NCBI RefSeq assembly: GCF_036321535.1
Contig: NC_087437.1
Location: 16,494,001-16,558,000 of the forward strand
Reading direction: 5' to 3'
DNA from: Camelus dromedarius
Taxonomy: Eukaryota
DNA length: 64,000 nt
Position 1 is the stretch's first letter. Every line of letters begins with the position of its first letter. Below, piece by piece: positions 23,678-36,271 of the stretch. The translations under genes were made by a program, and so were the position numbers. The notes beneath the pieces were generated by a model. The model saw only the letters and a list, made by a program, of their open reading frames with translations. It was not told the origin of the DNA and ran no database searches.

Positions 23678-25064
23678 AGAGGCCAGCGCTAGCTCCAGCC
23701 CAGTGTTGCCCTGGGGGCTGGGGTGGGCAGATCTTCTGAACTCTGAAGAGACCGGAAGTCAAATTTTCATGTTTGATGTCGCCATCTTAAAGTCATGCAG
23801 GCCCAGGAGTTTGAAATCTCAGCTTGGACCAGAGAACTCTGGTGGTGGTGAGATGTGCAGGGAAATTCTGCCAATTATTCCTTCTTGTCTCCATATCCCC
23901 TCAACATGAAAACAAAACAGTAACGTTTCAGAAGATCACCTACCCTACTGGTCTGTCTCTCAGGGATTCACCCATGAGCCTCCCAGAACATCCTGAGGCT
24001 GGTGATCACTCGGCCAGAACCATTTCCAGTTAGTACATTGAAAGATCTTATTTAGTGGCCAGTTTTTGGTGTCTTCTCAATGATATCCCAATATTGGGAA
24101 AGTATGAAAACAGTTGATAGCACTGATCAATGGTGATGATGGATAATGATGGCGTACTTTTAAAAGCATGGGGCTCGAAGTTTGCTGGACCCTTCAGGCC
24201 TCGGTTTGACCCTTTTCCTCCCCTCCTGTTCTTCTTGATGATGCTTTATGTATATTCCATGTCACTCAGCAGCCCCAGGAGATGGATGACTATGGAAGCA
24301 AAAGATAACAGGCGGCAGCAGTGAGAATATTCTCTTGCCTGCAGCAGGCAGTGGAATACATTTTTCAAGCCTGAAACATCATAGAAACAGAATGATTCTT
24401 TTAAATGCCCTTCCTTTTATTTTCATTCAGTTGCTTTTTGTGTTTTTTTTTTAATTGCTCATTTTGCTTAAGAAGCCTCAAGGCATGAGCACAGCAAAGT
24501 ATCATTAATTAAAATATTTAAAATGATAGCCATGGTAACAAAGCTCCTGAATCAGCCCAGGCAGCACAGACAGCAAACACAATTATTATCCATAATAACA
24601 GCCAAATCATCACTGCTTCTCTCTACTCGGAGACAATGCATCCTTCCCGGAGTGCTAAGTGGCTGTAAAGATGAGTAAATCACGAGCACCGAAAATGAGA
24701 CTAGATGGGATTTCTGGGGTCGTTCTCAGTCTAGGCAGAAACCTTGCCCTTCCTCCTGCCCCAGCCTCCCCCTGCGTGAGGGGTTTCCAGACAGAGAGCG
24801 CTGCGTGGCAGCCACTCACGCCCTTTCCCCAGCTCTTCTCCCAGGACCCAGGGGGAGGCTCAGCGGTGAATCAGCCGGGGCCGGATGTGCCAGCTGGTAC
24901 ACCATAAACATGTTAGTGCTTTTCCTGCACCTGGAAGACCCCCCTGTAGGAAATCATTCCCACAACATAAGCCCAGAAGAGCAGAAATAGTAATAATTTA
25001 TGTTGAAGCTTTTAGACACAGGAACACAGAGAGCATTACCAATCCCATTCTACATGATGAAGAG

Positions 25065-25350
25065 AAATTCTTATTCATTCATTCCTTCATTCATTCAAGA
25101 TATATTGAGCACCCACTATGTGCCAAATTCTGGGCCAGGACTTTTTCTAGGCACCGCAGGGATACTGAGATGGAAGACTCGGTGTGTATCTTCAGTCTGC
25201 AAGGTTTTGTGGGAAAGATGCCAACAGTTACAATCAAGTGAAGGGGAGTCGGGATGGGAGCAAAGCAGGGGGGCACTCACCCCCATCGGTGGTAGAGAAA
25301 ATGAGGGGCCATGGAGAGATCCTCACAGGAGGTGGTGCCTGACTTGAATT
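25065..25350 (-). mobile_element. L2 3' end
   Basis: ttcattcattcaagatatattgagcacccactatgtgcca. Confidence 0.75.
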
Positions 25351-25853
25351 CTAATGATACTCACAGAAAATACTCTGGTGCCCCTCCCATATCTCCCTGC
25401 CACTTAACCCATCCCTGCAGGCCCAACTTCCAACTTCTGACTTCCTACTGCCAGCACCTGCAAGTCTGAGGCCAAAGGCTTCATCCAGCTGTGGGTAAGC
25501 TCTGCCGTCCTGAGTGGTAGGCAAGAGTGCCAGAGAATTAACTCCTCCTGGGAGAAGCTCTCGACCAACGACAGATGGAAGTTGGTGGGTAAGCACTCCA
25601 GAAATCTCATCTCTCAGGTAGGGTGACTCAGAGGCCAGTTCTTCACTGCTCTAACCTCTCCCCCAGAGATCTCCAGAAGGATTAAGCCAGATGCCCATAG
25701 GACCAACTTGCTTGCTTGACTGCCTTCCCTCTCTCTTACCAAAGCAATTCGCTATCAACCACCAGAACCTCATGAGATCACCTTCCAAATGAACTGCTTG
25801 CACTAACAGTCTTTGTCTCATGGGCTGCAGCTGGGCCATCGCAAACTAAGACA
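25351..25853 (+). mobile_element. LTR16-like ERVL LTR
   Basis: Ends gatcaccttccaaatgaactgcttgcact...tgtctca...caaactaagaca; internal gccagagaattaac. Confidence 0.7.
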
Positions 25854-26259
25854 GTGCTCCAGTTACAGAGAATAACATGGGAAAAGTCCAAACAGAGGCA
25901 GGATACTTACTCACTGCAAACAGTTAACCGGGTCAGGCTGCAGAACAGAGTGGGTGAGGGAAGAGCTGTTCCCTGTAGTGGTGACAATCAAGATTACAGA
26001 TCCCTCTTAAGGTCTTTTTCTATTTCCACCTCTCTGCAAGGAATATTCCTACACACACATCCAGGTTAAACTTACAGTAACTTTGGCCCTTAATACAGCT
26101 CTAGGTCTCATCTTGGCTTTCCCCTCTCATTTTTTCTTATCTCAATTAAGTGATCTGGCTCCAAACACTTTATCCTGGCACAACTGGCCTGGAATCCCTG
26201 CAGCAGACTCCCTATAGTCATTGTCTCAGCTCTAAAACCATGGGCACAAGAATGGTATC

Positions 26260-26819
26260 TGTGGTCACCAATCTCCGGATGGCTCCAAATGGAGTAGGTT
26301 CATTCCCACAGTAACAGCTTCATGAATTGGCTTCCACTTCGTGTCTAAGTTGATCTGCATGACCAAAAGAATATGGAAGAAGTGATGGCATGTGACTTTC
26401 AATGCTAGGTCATCAAAGACATCACAGTTTCTGTCTTGCTCTCAGATTGCTTGCTCTGGGGAAAGCTAGCGGCCATATTGTGAGCATACTCAAGCAGCTC
26501 TCTGGTGAGGTCCACGTGGTGAAGAGTGCAGGCCTTCTTCCAACAGCCAGCAAAACCGGAGACTTCCAACCAATGACTATGTGAGTGAGCCATCTTGGGA
26601 GCAAACCCTTCATCTCCAGGCAATCTTCAGAATACTGCGATCCCAGAGAATGTCTTGACTGTTACCTCATAAGAGATTCTGATCCAGAACCACCCAGGTA
26701 ATCTACTCTCACATTCCTGACTCTCAGAAGCTGTGCAAGATAACAAATGCTTGTGTTTTTTTTTTTTAAGCCACTACATTTTGGGGTAAGTTGTTACACG
26801 GCAATAGGTAACTAATACA
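26260..26819 (+). mobile_element. MLT1F-like MaLR LTR, near full length
   Basis: TGTGG start; agaatatggaagaagtgatggcatgtgact...ctaggtcat; ends ttaagccactacattttggggtaagttgttacacggcaataggtaactaataca. Confidence 0.85.
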
Positions 26820-27232
26820 GTGTCGCATGCCCATTTCTCACCCAGTCTAGCCCCACCTCTGAATCAAGGCAAATAAGAAAGGAGGAAGAGACTGTAACAG
26901 ATGATGAACTTCATTTTGGATACCTGAGGAACATCCAAAAGGAGATAATAGGAGGTGGGCAATTGGAAATATAAGCCTGATGTCTATGCAGAGAAAAAAC
27001 TAGGGTTGGAGTTTCAATGTATATTACTGAGTTATCAGGATATAGAGGTCTAGGAAGACACTGCTGTGAAGAGAAAGGCCCAAGAAGTGTATGTGTGGTG
27101 CAAATTGTCCAAATTCTCCCTCCGTTAATACTGGTAGAGTTAGTCAGTGCTAAGAGTTGGGTTACAAGGAACAAAACTTGTGGTAAGTTTTCCTGCTTTA
27201 AAGGTGAGAACCCCAAAAGTCCCAAGGGGTCC

Positions 27233-27365
27233 TGTATGAGCTATTAATTGCTGCATAAGAAATGATCCCATTACTTAGTGGCTTAAAATAACAAACATGG
27301 ATTATTATCTTATACAGTTTCCACGAGCCTAGAATACAGGAGTTGCTTAGCTAGGTGATTCTGGT
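27233..27365 (-). mobile_element. MLT1 LTR 3' fragment
   Basis: tgtatgagctattaattgctgcataa...cttagtggcttaaaataacaa. Confidence 0.7.
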
Positions 27366-27625
27366 AACATGTACAAGAACATTTATCATAGTGTTGTTTA
27401 TGATTGCAAAATATTAGACAATCTAAGTGTGCAATAATAGGAAATGGACAAAAATGTATCCATTAAAACTGAGGTTTAAGAGAAACTTTTAGTAACATAG
27501 GAAATTGATCATGTCACCAATAAAGCATGATGTAAAATTATAAATAGAATACGATTCCAATTTCTTTAGAATGTCTAAATTATATAAAAAGACCAAAAGC
27601 ACTATACCAAAATGGTAATTGGAGT
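27366..27625 (+). mobile_element. L1ME 3' end; appears to continue at ~28490-28570
   Basis: atgtacaagaacatttatcatagtgttgtttatgattgcaaaa...acaatctaagtgtgcaataatagg. Confidence 0.6.
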
Positions 27626-27627
27626 TA

Positions 27628-28475
27628 CATAAGTTATCTATTACTAAGTAACAGATCACCCCCAAAATTAGTGGCTTAAAACAGTGATGACTTATTTGTT
27701 CATGATTCTACAGTCTGGATAATTCTTCTGCTGGTTTCTCCTGGAGTCACTTACACAGCTTCAATCACCGGTGACATGATTGAGACTGAAAGTCCAAGAC
27801 AACTTCATTCACCTGCCTGGCCCCTCAGCTGGGATAACAGGAACAGTTAGGGGTTGCCTGAACCTCTCTCTCTTTCTCCATGGTCTTCCATCAGAACAGT
27901 CAGACCTCTTTACATAGAGGTTCCAGGCTCCAAGAGGACGTCTTCCGAAAAAATGACCCTTAATATGCAAGTACTTATTAAGTATGTGCTTGTGTTACAT
28001 TTGCTAATGCCCCATTAGCCAAAGATGGCAAATCTGAAATGCACAGGGCAGGACATGACAGACTGGAAATTAAGGTAAGAGTTGATGTTGCAAACTTGAG
28101 TCTGAATTCCACAGGGCAGAAGGCTGAAAACTCAGGCAGGGCTTCTATGTTTCAATCTTGAGGAGAATTCATCTTCCTCAGAAAACCTTGGTCTTTGTTC
28201 TTATGTCCTGCAGTTGATCAGATGAGACCCACCCACAGTATGAAGGGCAATCTGCTTTGCTCAAAGTTGACTGATTTAAATATTAATCACATCTTTAAAA
28301 AATACCTTCACAGCCAGCACCTAGACTTGTATTTGACCAAAAATCTGGGCACCATAGCCTAGCCAGGGGGTCAGATAAAATTAACCATGGCACATGGCCA
28401 TGCCCAGAGTCAGTGTGTGAGGAGACCACACAGGACCATGAAGCACCAAGAGAACAGGCTACCATGGTAGATACA
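27628..28475 (-). mobile_element. MLT1H-like LTR split by MLT2
   Basis: agttatctattact..gtaacagatcacccccaaaattagtggcttaaaac ... tttgctaatgccccattagccaaag | cacatggccatgcccagagtcagtgtg. Confidence 0.65.
28025..28390 (-). mobile_element. MLT2-type ERVL LTR
   Basis: gcaatctgctttgctcaaagttgactgatttaaatattaatcacatc..aaaaataccttcacagc..ctgggcaccatagcctagcca..ataaaattaaccat. Confidence 0.8.
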
Positions 28476-28593
28476 GCTGACAGGGCTTTTTCTTTCCTTT
28501 TTTTATCTGTATGTTTGAAATTTTCTGCAAAGAGCATGTATAACATTTTGGGGGAAAATAACAAATGTTTTATAATGGTCCATACTCCTTACT

Positions 28594-28775
28594 TTTATTT
28601 ATTTATTTATTTTATTGAAGTATAGTCAGTTTACAATGTGTTGATTTTTGGTGTGCAGCATAATGTTTCAGTCATACATATATTCATTTTCATATTCTTT
28701 TCCATTATAGGTTACTACAAGATGTTGAATACAGTTTCCTGTGCTGTACAGAAGAAACTTGTTGTTTATCTCATA
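28594..28775 (-). mobile_element. Young L1 3' end
   Basis: (ttta)n then attgaagtatagtcagtttacaatgtg; homologous to the copy at 1864-2098. Confidence 0.85.
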
Positions 28776-28789
28776 TTTATCATTTTTGA

Positions 28790-30450
28790 AGGCAAGATAC
28801 GCAGAAAAGTACAAAGAAGAAATCAACAAGTCACTGGAAATCTCACCAATCAGAAATAATCAGTGTTCGTTTCTATGATCACCTTTGCAGCCGCTCTCTG
28901 ATATTTACACAGATGTCAGGAAAAAAGAGAGAAAAAGAAAGGTGGGGCAATAGAGACAGGGAGACAATTCTAAAAATGAGATGACTCTATGAATGCTATT
29001 TGTAAATTTAATTTTTTTTCTTGAATTTAACAGAAGAGAAAGAAACTGCAGGAAACTTGAAAGAGTTTATAGTACATCAAATGTTTCTTCATTAACTTAA
29101 AAATTACTCTAAGGTTAAAGAAAATTTTTAAATGTTACAAACACCATTAAGAAGTTGTAGTCATTTTTTAACAAGAATTTTAAATAGTATTGACTATTGT
29201 AGTCATAATTTTTAACAAGAATTTTAAATAGTGTTGGCTAACTTGTGCTCCAAGCAGTATGAAAGTGGTAACACTCTCACACTTCCTCCCACCTTCCCTC
29301 CCCCTCCCCGCCAATGTCTACTGATTAGGTTGGTTTACTTCGCCAGAGTTTATAATAGTAGCATTCTATGATGCAATCTTAATTTGCTTAGAAAAAATTA
29401 GTTTTTAATGCAAATGAATTCATGGCTCACCACTAATCCTTTTTTCCAGCCTTGCAAACCTGATCTCATAGCCAAAGAGTTCTGGGTTTATGTAAGCAGA
29501 TAATGGGTGACCAACTCCCGCCAGGATTTCATATTTAAGACTGCTTGTCTGTTGCCTTCACATGTGGGCAACTCCTTGGCTGCATGTAGTTTTCTTAGAT
29601 CTCATTTTCCAAACCTCAGAACTTTATAAACTTTGCTCCTTATCTTTGAACTTAGGAAGGTATCATAGTGTATAGGATAGCCTACTCTTCCCCACTGCCA
29701 GGAATTACATTGTGCCTAGATGCCTGAGGAATGCCTTCTTTATGCTTTATGTTCAATAACTTAACCAAGAAAAATCCTTGCTGTCAGTCATTCTCCATCT
29801 CTCTTCCCTGGCATGTGGCGAACCCTTCCACACGCAGATCTGAAGGTTTAAATCTTCTCTGAATTCTTTCTTTTTGGATTCTCTACTTCAGGGACACCTA
29901 TTACCTTGCTTTTGAATCATCTTTTTCTTACCTCCTCTTCCTTCTAATTGTTTAGTCTTTTTTCTTCTTCTCTGCATTCACTGTGATAATCTCTAGCTTT
30001 TCCTTCATGTCATTAATTCAGTTTTTAGCGATGTCATTTTGTTTCTTGCTTTTTTTATGTTACTTTATTTCAATTCATCTCCTTAGGTCTGCAATCTCCT
30101 TTTATAACTCATTCTATTGTTTTATCATCTCATCTTTCAGCTCTTGTTGATCACATTTCTAATCCTTAATTTATTCTCTAAAGGAAAGCATTCATGGGGA
30201 AGCCATGTCTGTCGCCTGATTTGTGTTTCTTCCAGACTGGATTCTTCACCTGACTTTTCCCAGGCCACACCTGACTTTTTGACTGATTGATTTTCCTGTG
30301 GTATGTTTGCTTCTTTGCTCTGTGATTTCTTTTCATCTTGCTTGCGCCCAGTGTGAGCAGCTCAACCGATAACACTCTTCCCTCCTTACCAGTTTGCCAG
30401 TTTGCCAGTTTGCCAGTTTGCCTTCCCCAACTCGGTGTCATTTTGAGGAC
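28790..30450 (-). mobile_element. Degenerate old LINE (HAL1/L1M-like)
   Basis: Long T-rich antisense-LINE composition with motifs such as ctacttcagggacacctatta; family uncertain. Confidence 0.4.
30389..30422. repeat. (CCAGTTTG)4 tandem repeat
   Basis: Four perfect 8-bp units. Confidence 0.9.
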
Positions 30451-30674
30451 TAGGTATTGTTGGTCTAACCATTTTTCTGTAATCTAAGAGGACAGAGCTC
30501 AGCCAGAAGTTAGTTCAGCCCTTGTTGAGGAAGCTGTACTCCAAGATTTCTTCTGAGACAACACTAAATGCCCAAGACAATGGCCCACCACCCTGCAGCA
30601 GAGATCCACTTTTGTGGGCTATAGTTCATCCTCCAAACTAGTTCAGTATCTCGGAAGACAGTAAGCCCTTAACC

Positions 30675-31085
30675 CTGCTGGTGGGGGTCCAACTGATACC
30701 ACCTTTCCAGAAAGCAATTTGACAATAGGTACCAAGACTTTATATATCAAGGTCTGTATTTATAACTTTGATCCAATATTATCTCTTCTGAGGGTCTAGT
30801 TGGGAAAAAAAAAAAGGAAAGGGAAACAAAGATTCATTTGCAAAGAAGTTCGTTGGAGCATTATGTATAATAGCGATAAACCAGAAATATTTTAAATGTT
30901 CAACACAGAGGCATGTAGTAGTAAAGGTTGTGGTGAAAAAAATTAGGTTTGTGAAGCACTTTTAATGATATGATTAGATGCTTATAATATTTAGTAAAAA
31001 AACAAAATACAGAATGACACATACACTAATATCTCAATTATGTTTAAAATGATTAGGAACCACACCTAGGAAGAATCATAGACCC
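30675..31085 (+). mobile_element. L1ME 3' end
   Basis: taccacctttccagaaagcaatttgacaata...tttgatccaata...gcattatgtataatagc. Confidence 0.65.
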
Positions 31086-31489
31086 AAAATTTCAGGAGGG
31101 CAAGAAACATGACTGTTTTGTTCACTCCTGTGTAGTCAGAACCTAACACAGGGCTTGGCATGTAACAGATGCACAGTGAATGTTTATGAATAAGTGAATA
31201 GAATATTAAAAAAAATGAATAGAATAAATTCAGCAAAAGAAATTTCTCTCAGAATTCAATAAAGGAATAGCTGTGTTTCGGAATGACTGATTTTATACAT
31301 CTTCAATCGTGCTTTTTTTAAAATTGAAGTATGGTCAGTTTACAATGTTGTGTCAATTTCTGGTGTATTCCATCATGCTTTGACTAATAGAAACCAACAC
31401 GTTTGGTCTAACAGAGGTAGAGACTCTCAGAAATGCATTTTGCATGTATCATTATCTCATTTCCCCTACTCTGATTTATTCTTTGACAG

Positions 31490-31808
31490 GGTTTTTTTTT
31501 TAATAAAGCTTTATTGAGGAATAATTTTCATACTATGCAATTCACTCATTGTAAGTGTACAAAGCAATATATTTGGTAACTTTATATAGTTAGGCCACCA
31601 TCATCACAATCCATTTTAGAACATTTTCATCACCCAAAATAAATCCTTTCAAGTTCCTTCATAGTCAGTCCCCGTCCCCACACCAAGCTCCAGATAACCA
31701 CTGATCAGGATCAGCCTCCTGACTATATAATTTGCTTTCACTGGATATTTTGTATAATTGAAACCATACATGATGAAGCCCTTGGACACCAGCTTCTTTC
31801 ACTTAATG
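31490..31808 (-). mobile_element. L1MB-like 3' end
   Basis: aagctttattgaggaataattttcatactatgcaattcactcattgtaagtgtaca...tttagaacattttcatcaccc. Confidence 0.8.
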
Positions 31809-31809
31809 T

Positions 31810-32264
31810 TTTGGAGGCATAAGAAGGAGGACTAAAGAAAGGACAGTATGAGAAGGTCGTGGCCCTATATTGCTACCTGGCTTTGAAAATACAAGAAGAG
31901 GGCCGTAAGCCAAGGAAGGAAGGTGGTCTCTTGAGCTGGAAAAGGCAAGGAAATGGATTCTCCCTGGAGTCTCCACAAATGAATGCCCTCTGCCAACAAC
32001 TTGACATTGGCTCAACAAGATCCATGTCATACTTCTGATCTCCAGAACTGTAAGGTAACAAAATCTTTTGAAAGGGGAGGTAATTAGGTTGACTTACTTA
32101 TGTATTTATTTTTTAATGGAGGTACTGGGGATTGAACTCAGGACACTGTGCATGCTAAGTCAGCACTCTACCACCGAGCTATACCCTCCCCTCTAACAAA
32201 ATTGTGTTTTTTAAGCCACTATATTTGTGGTAACTTGTTACAGTAGCAATAGAAAACTAATACA
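31810..32264 (+). mobile_element. MLT1D-like LTR (3' part) split by a SINE
   Basis: gagctggaaaaggcaaggaaatggattctccctggagtctcc...tccagaactgtaag...ttaagccact..ttgttacagtagcaatagaaaactaataca. Confidence 0.85.
32065..32193 (-). mobile_element. Camelid tRNA-derived SINE (Vic-1-like)
   Basis: Antisense head (ggggagggtatagctcggtggtagag); TSD TAACAAAAT at 32056-32064 and 32194-32202. Confidence 0.88.
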
Positions 32265-34190
32265 GATTTTCTCAACATTTCTTTATCCTTTCAAAGAATC
32301 AACTTTTCATTTCGTTTATTTTCTATTTTCTGTTCCATTGATTTCCACTCAACTCTTATTATTTACTCCCTTCTGTTTACTTTGAATTTAGTTACTCTAC
32401 TTTTCTCATTTCTTAATGGGGAAGCTTAGGTTATTGATTGCAGACCTTTCTTCTTTTCCAATATGCACTTTAAAAGCTATAAATTTCTCAGTAGGTGCTG
32501 CTTTATTTTCATCCCATAAACCTTGTTAAATTGTGTCTCTATTTTCATTTGTATAAAAATATTTTCTAATTTCCTCTTCTGTCACTAATTTGACCCCTAG
32601 GTTATTTAGAAGGTTGTTTAATTTTCAAAAATTTACCATTTCAGAGCACTTCATTTCTTTCTGTGAATTCAAGTTCCTGTCTGCTGCCACTTCTTTTCAG
32701 CTTTTAGTATTTCTTGTAAGGCAAGTCTGGTAGAAACAAATTCTCTCAATATTTGTTTATCTGAGAATGTTTCTATTTCACCTTCATTTTTGAAGAATAG
32801 CTTTGTTAGATTTAGACATTTTTTCTTTCTTTCAACACTATGAAAATGTCATTCCATTGCCTTCAGACTTTATTGTTCTGATTAAAAAGTCAGCAAACAA
32901 TCATATGTTTTCTCTGTACATGAGCTGGTTTTCTCTTTCTGCTTCCAAGAGTTTCTCTTTGTCTTTGACTTTCAATAGTATCACAATGACATGCATTGTT
33001 TTTAATTTCTTTGAGTTTATTCTTCTTAAGATTTGCTAAGTTCCTTGAATCTGTAAATTAAGGTTTAGTCAAATTTGGGGAATTTTTGACCATTATTTCC
33101 TCTTTTTCTGAAACAACCATACATGTATGCTGATAGACTCAATAGTGGCCCACAGGTCTCTGAGCCTCTGTTCGTTTTTTTTTTTTTTTTTTTTTCAGAC
33201 GTCTTTCTCCCTGTTATTCAATGTGGCTAATTTCTTTTGATTTATCTTCAAATTCACTAATTCTTTCCTCTGCCATCTAAAATCTTTTGCTACTTAGCCA
33301 TTCTGGTGAGTTTTTGTTTGTTTAAATTATTACAGTTTTCAACTCCAGAATCTCCTTTTTAAAAAAACTGCTGTTTTTCTTGATATTTGCTATTCACTGA
33401 ATTGGTGTTATTCAACTTTTATTTAATTATTTGAACTTGATTTATTTTAGTTATTTTAACATATTTATAATAGCTAATTTGGAAATACTTATCTGTTAAT
33501 TCCAACATCTTAGGGAACTGAGAGACTATTTCTATTGACTTCTTTTTTTTTTTTCCTATTGTATAACTCAGATTTTCTTCTTTACCTGTCTCACAATTTT
33601 TGTTGAATCCTGGACATTTTATACCATATATTTTCACAATTCTGGATTCTAATTTCCCCTCCCCCTTGTTGCTATTTTTTTTGTTTGCTTGTTTGTTGCT
33701 TAACTTGCCTGGACCAAATCTGTGAAGTCTGTCTCCTGCATGGTTGCTGCTGTCTCTGCTCAGGTTTATTTTTAATCCAAGCTTCCTAGAGTTCATCCTA
33801 ATGTCTATATACCTAACATTCAACCAAAGATTAGCTAGAGGCCACACTCCAACACCTTGAGCCAGGCGGGATGCTTGCCCTCTCTGCTGGGGGATCAGTG
33901 TGTGAGCTAGCGAGCTCATTCAGAATTCAGGCCATTTTCAACTGTCTCCTGGAGTTTACTTTCTGCCATAGCCCTTTGGGATGTTTCACATAGTCCTCTG
34001 TGCATGAGCACAGTCCCTGTGGACCAGAGATGTGTGGTATGTTTCTGCTGTTCATATTCACAGCCTTCAGTCAACCTGGGGTATGTGGGGAACATATCAA
34101 ACCTCTTATAGTTGCCTCACTCCCAGAAAAATTAATGTGTATAGTCTCTCTTTCAGTCTTTCAGTCCATTCATCAATTCTTACTCCATCC
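32265..34190 (-). mobile_element. Old L1M fragments (ORF2 N-terminal/ORF1/5' region)
   Basis: tcctttcaaagaatcaactttt; ttagtatttcttgtaaggcaagtctgg..aattctctc; gtggcccacaggtctctgagcctctgttc are antisense L1 hallmarks. Confidence 0.75.
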
Positions 34191-35139
34191 TTCTACAGGT
34201 AATTTATTTTTATTATTGATTGATTGATTGATTGATTGTATATACTGCCTGAGGGCCTATGTAAGTATAAATGAAAATATGTTCTTGTTTGTCTCCATTT
34301 TCCAATAGAAGTCAAAATTAATATACACACTGCTCTGCTCTTGCTTTTTTCACAGAATAGTGGATGCTGGAATGCTTTCCATATCATTCGAGAGTTTCCT
34401 CATGATCATATATAGCTGCATTGTGTTTCATTATAGATGTAGCATGATTTATTTAACCAGTCCTTCACTGATGAATCATACACAGGAAATCTCTACCCAC
34501 AATCTATGTGAAGCTAGGCAAAAGCTCTTCTGCTTCCAATATTCCCCCAAGCCATTGTTCTATTAGCTGGAAAGGGAGTGTCATTTCCTCCAATCTTTTT
34601 TCCGATAAGTTTATCCCAACCCCAACTTAGATCACTGTTTATAATGTGATAAGAATGGGTGGATTGAGAGAATCCTGAGAACCCACCTTCTCCAACCACA
34701 GAGAGCTTCCTCCTTGGTAGCCTAGCCAAATTTGAGATTGTCCCGTTCCTGCACACACCTGTGCATATGTTTCCTGATTCCCAATTATAAAAGAATAAGA
34801 CTCACATTTATTAAAGAAGAAGGCATGTGAAGATTTTTTACCTTTATAATAATAATTTTTAAATATACTTTTTTTTCCCTGAGGATGTAAGTTGAAGGCT
34901 AAGATAGTCTTATAACAAATATATCCGGGGTAGCCTGACACTGTATCTCTTTCTCTAAGAACTTATCCCAGTCCATAATTGTCATTGAGGGAGTGGGTTG
35001 GGGGCTATGTTAGTACCACATAGACTTGACCACACACCACACTTTTTTGATCCAAGAATGGATAAACAACCCAAAGGAGCACCAAGATTAAACTGGCCAG
35101 GGACAAGTAAATTTTTCTCAATCACTAATTTACTCCAGA

Positions 35140-36271
35140 CTATACTGCCTAAAGCAATCTACAGATTTAATGTGATCCCTATCAATATACCCATGACATT
35201 TTTCACAGAATTAGAACAAATATTCCTAAAATTTATACAGAACCACAAAAGATTCTGAATTGCCAAAGCAATCCTGAGAAAAAAAGAACAAAGTTGGAGG
35301 TATAATCTTTCCAGGCCTCAGATTATACTACAAAGCTACAGAAATCAAAACAGTATGGTATTAGCACTGAAACAGGCCATAGATCAACAGAACTGAATAG
35401 AGAGCCCAGAAATAAACCCATGCACCTACAGTTAATTAATCTATGACAAAAGAAGCAAGAATATACAGTAGAGAAAAAACAATACCTTCAACAAATGGTG
35501 TTGGGAAAACTGGACAGCTGCATGTAAAGTAATGAAATTAGAACATTCCCTCACACCGTATATGAAACAAATTTAAAATGGTTTAAAGACCTAAATGCAA
35601 GTCACCATAAAACTCCTAGAAGAGAACACAGGCAAAACATTCTTTGGCATAGATCACAGCAACATTTCCTTAGATCAGTCTCCCAAGGCAAAAGATATGA
35701 AAGCAAAAATAAACAAATGAGGATTAATCAAACTTTAAAACTTTTGTACAGCAAAGGAAACCATCAACAAAATGAAAAGATAACTGATGGGGTAGAAGAA
35801 AACATTTGCAAACAATGCAACTGACAAGGGGTTAATATCCAAAATACACAAACAGTTCAAACAAGCCAATGTCAAAAAATGGGCAGAAGACCTAAACAGA
35901 CATTTTTCCAAAGAAGACATCCAGGTGGCCAACAGGTATATGAAAACATGCTCAATTTCACTAATTATTTGAGAAATGCAAATCAAAACTACAATGAGGT
36001 GTCACCCCACACTGGTCAGAATGGCTATCATCAAAAAAGTCTGCAAATAATAAATGGGAGGGAGGGTGTGGAGCAAAGCAACCCTCCTACACTGTTGGTG
36101 GGAATGTAGTTTGGTACAGCCACTATGGAAAACAGTACAGAGGTTCCTTTAAAAACTAAAAATAGAGTTACAATACGATCCAGCAATCCCACTCCTGGGC
36201 ATATATCTGGAGGGAAAAAAAAAAAAAAAAAAACCCGGGGAAAAAAACTCCAAAAACCTATCTAATTTGAA
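35140..36271 (+). mobile_element. L1 ORF2 C-terminal fragment (frameshifted, no 3'UTR)
   Basis: Translates [25 protein letters not shown]; continues through the C-terminal region to gatccagcaatcccactcctgggcatatat. Confidence 0.9.

Noticed and set aside
30389..30422. Short direct-repeat arrays (also 52369-52400 and 19858-19886) considered as CRISPR-like
   Set aside because: No unique spacers, units are too short, and the context is eukaryotic; these are simple slippage repeats.
33419..33919. 166-aa minus-strand ORF
   Set aside because: Lies in a degenerate L1 5'/ORF1 region; Lys/Asn richness reflects A-rich L1 sequence.
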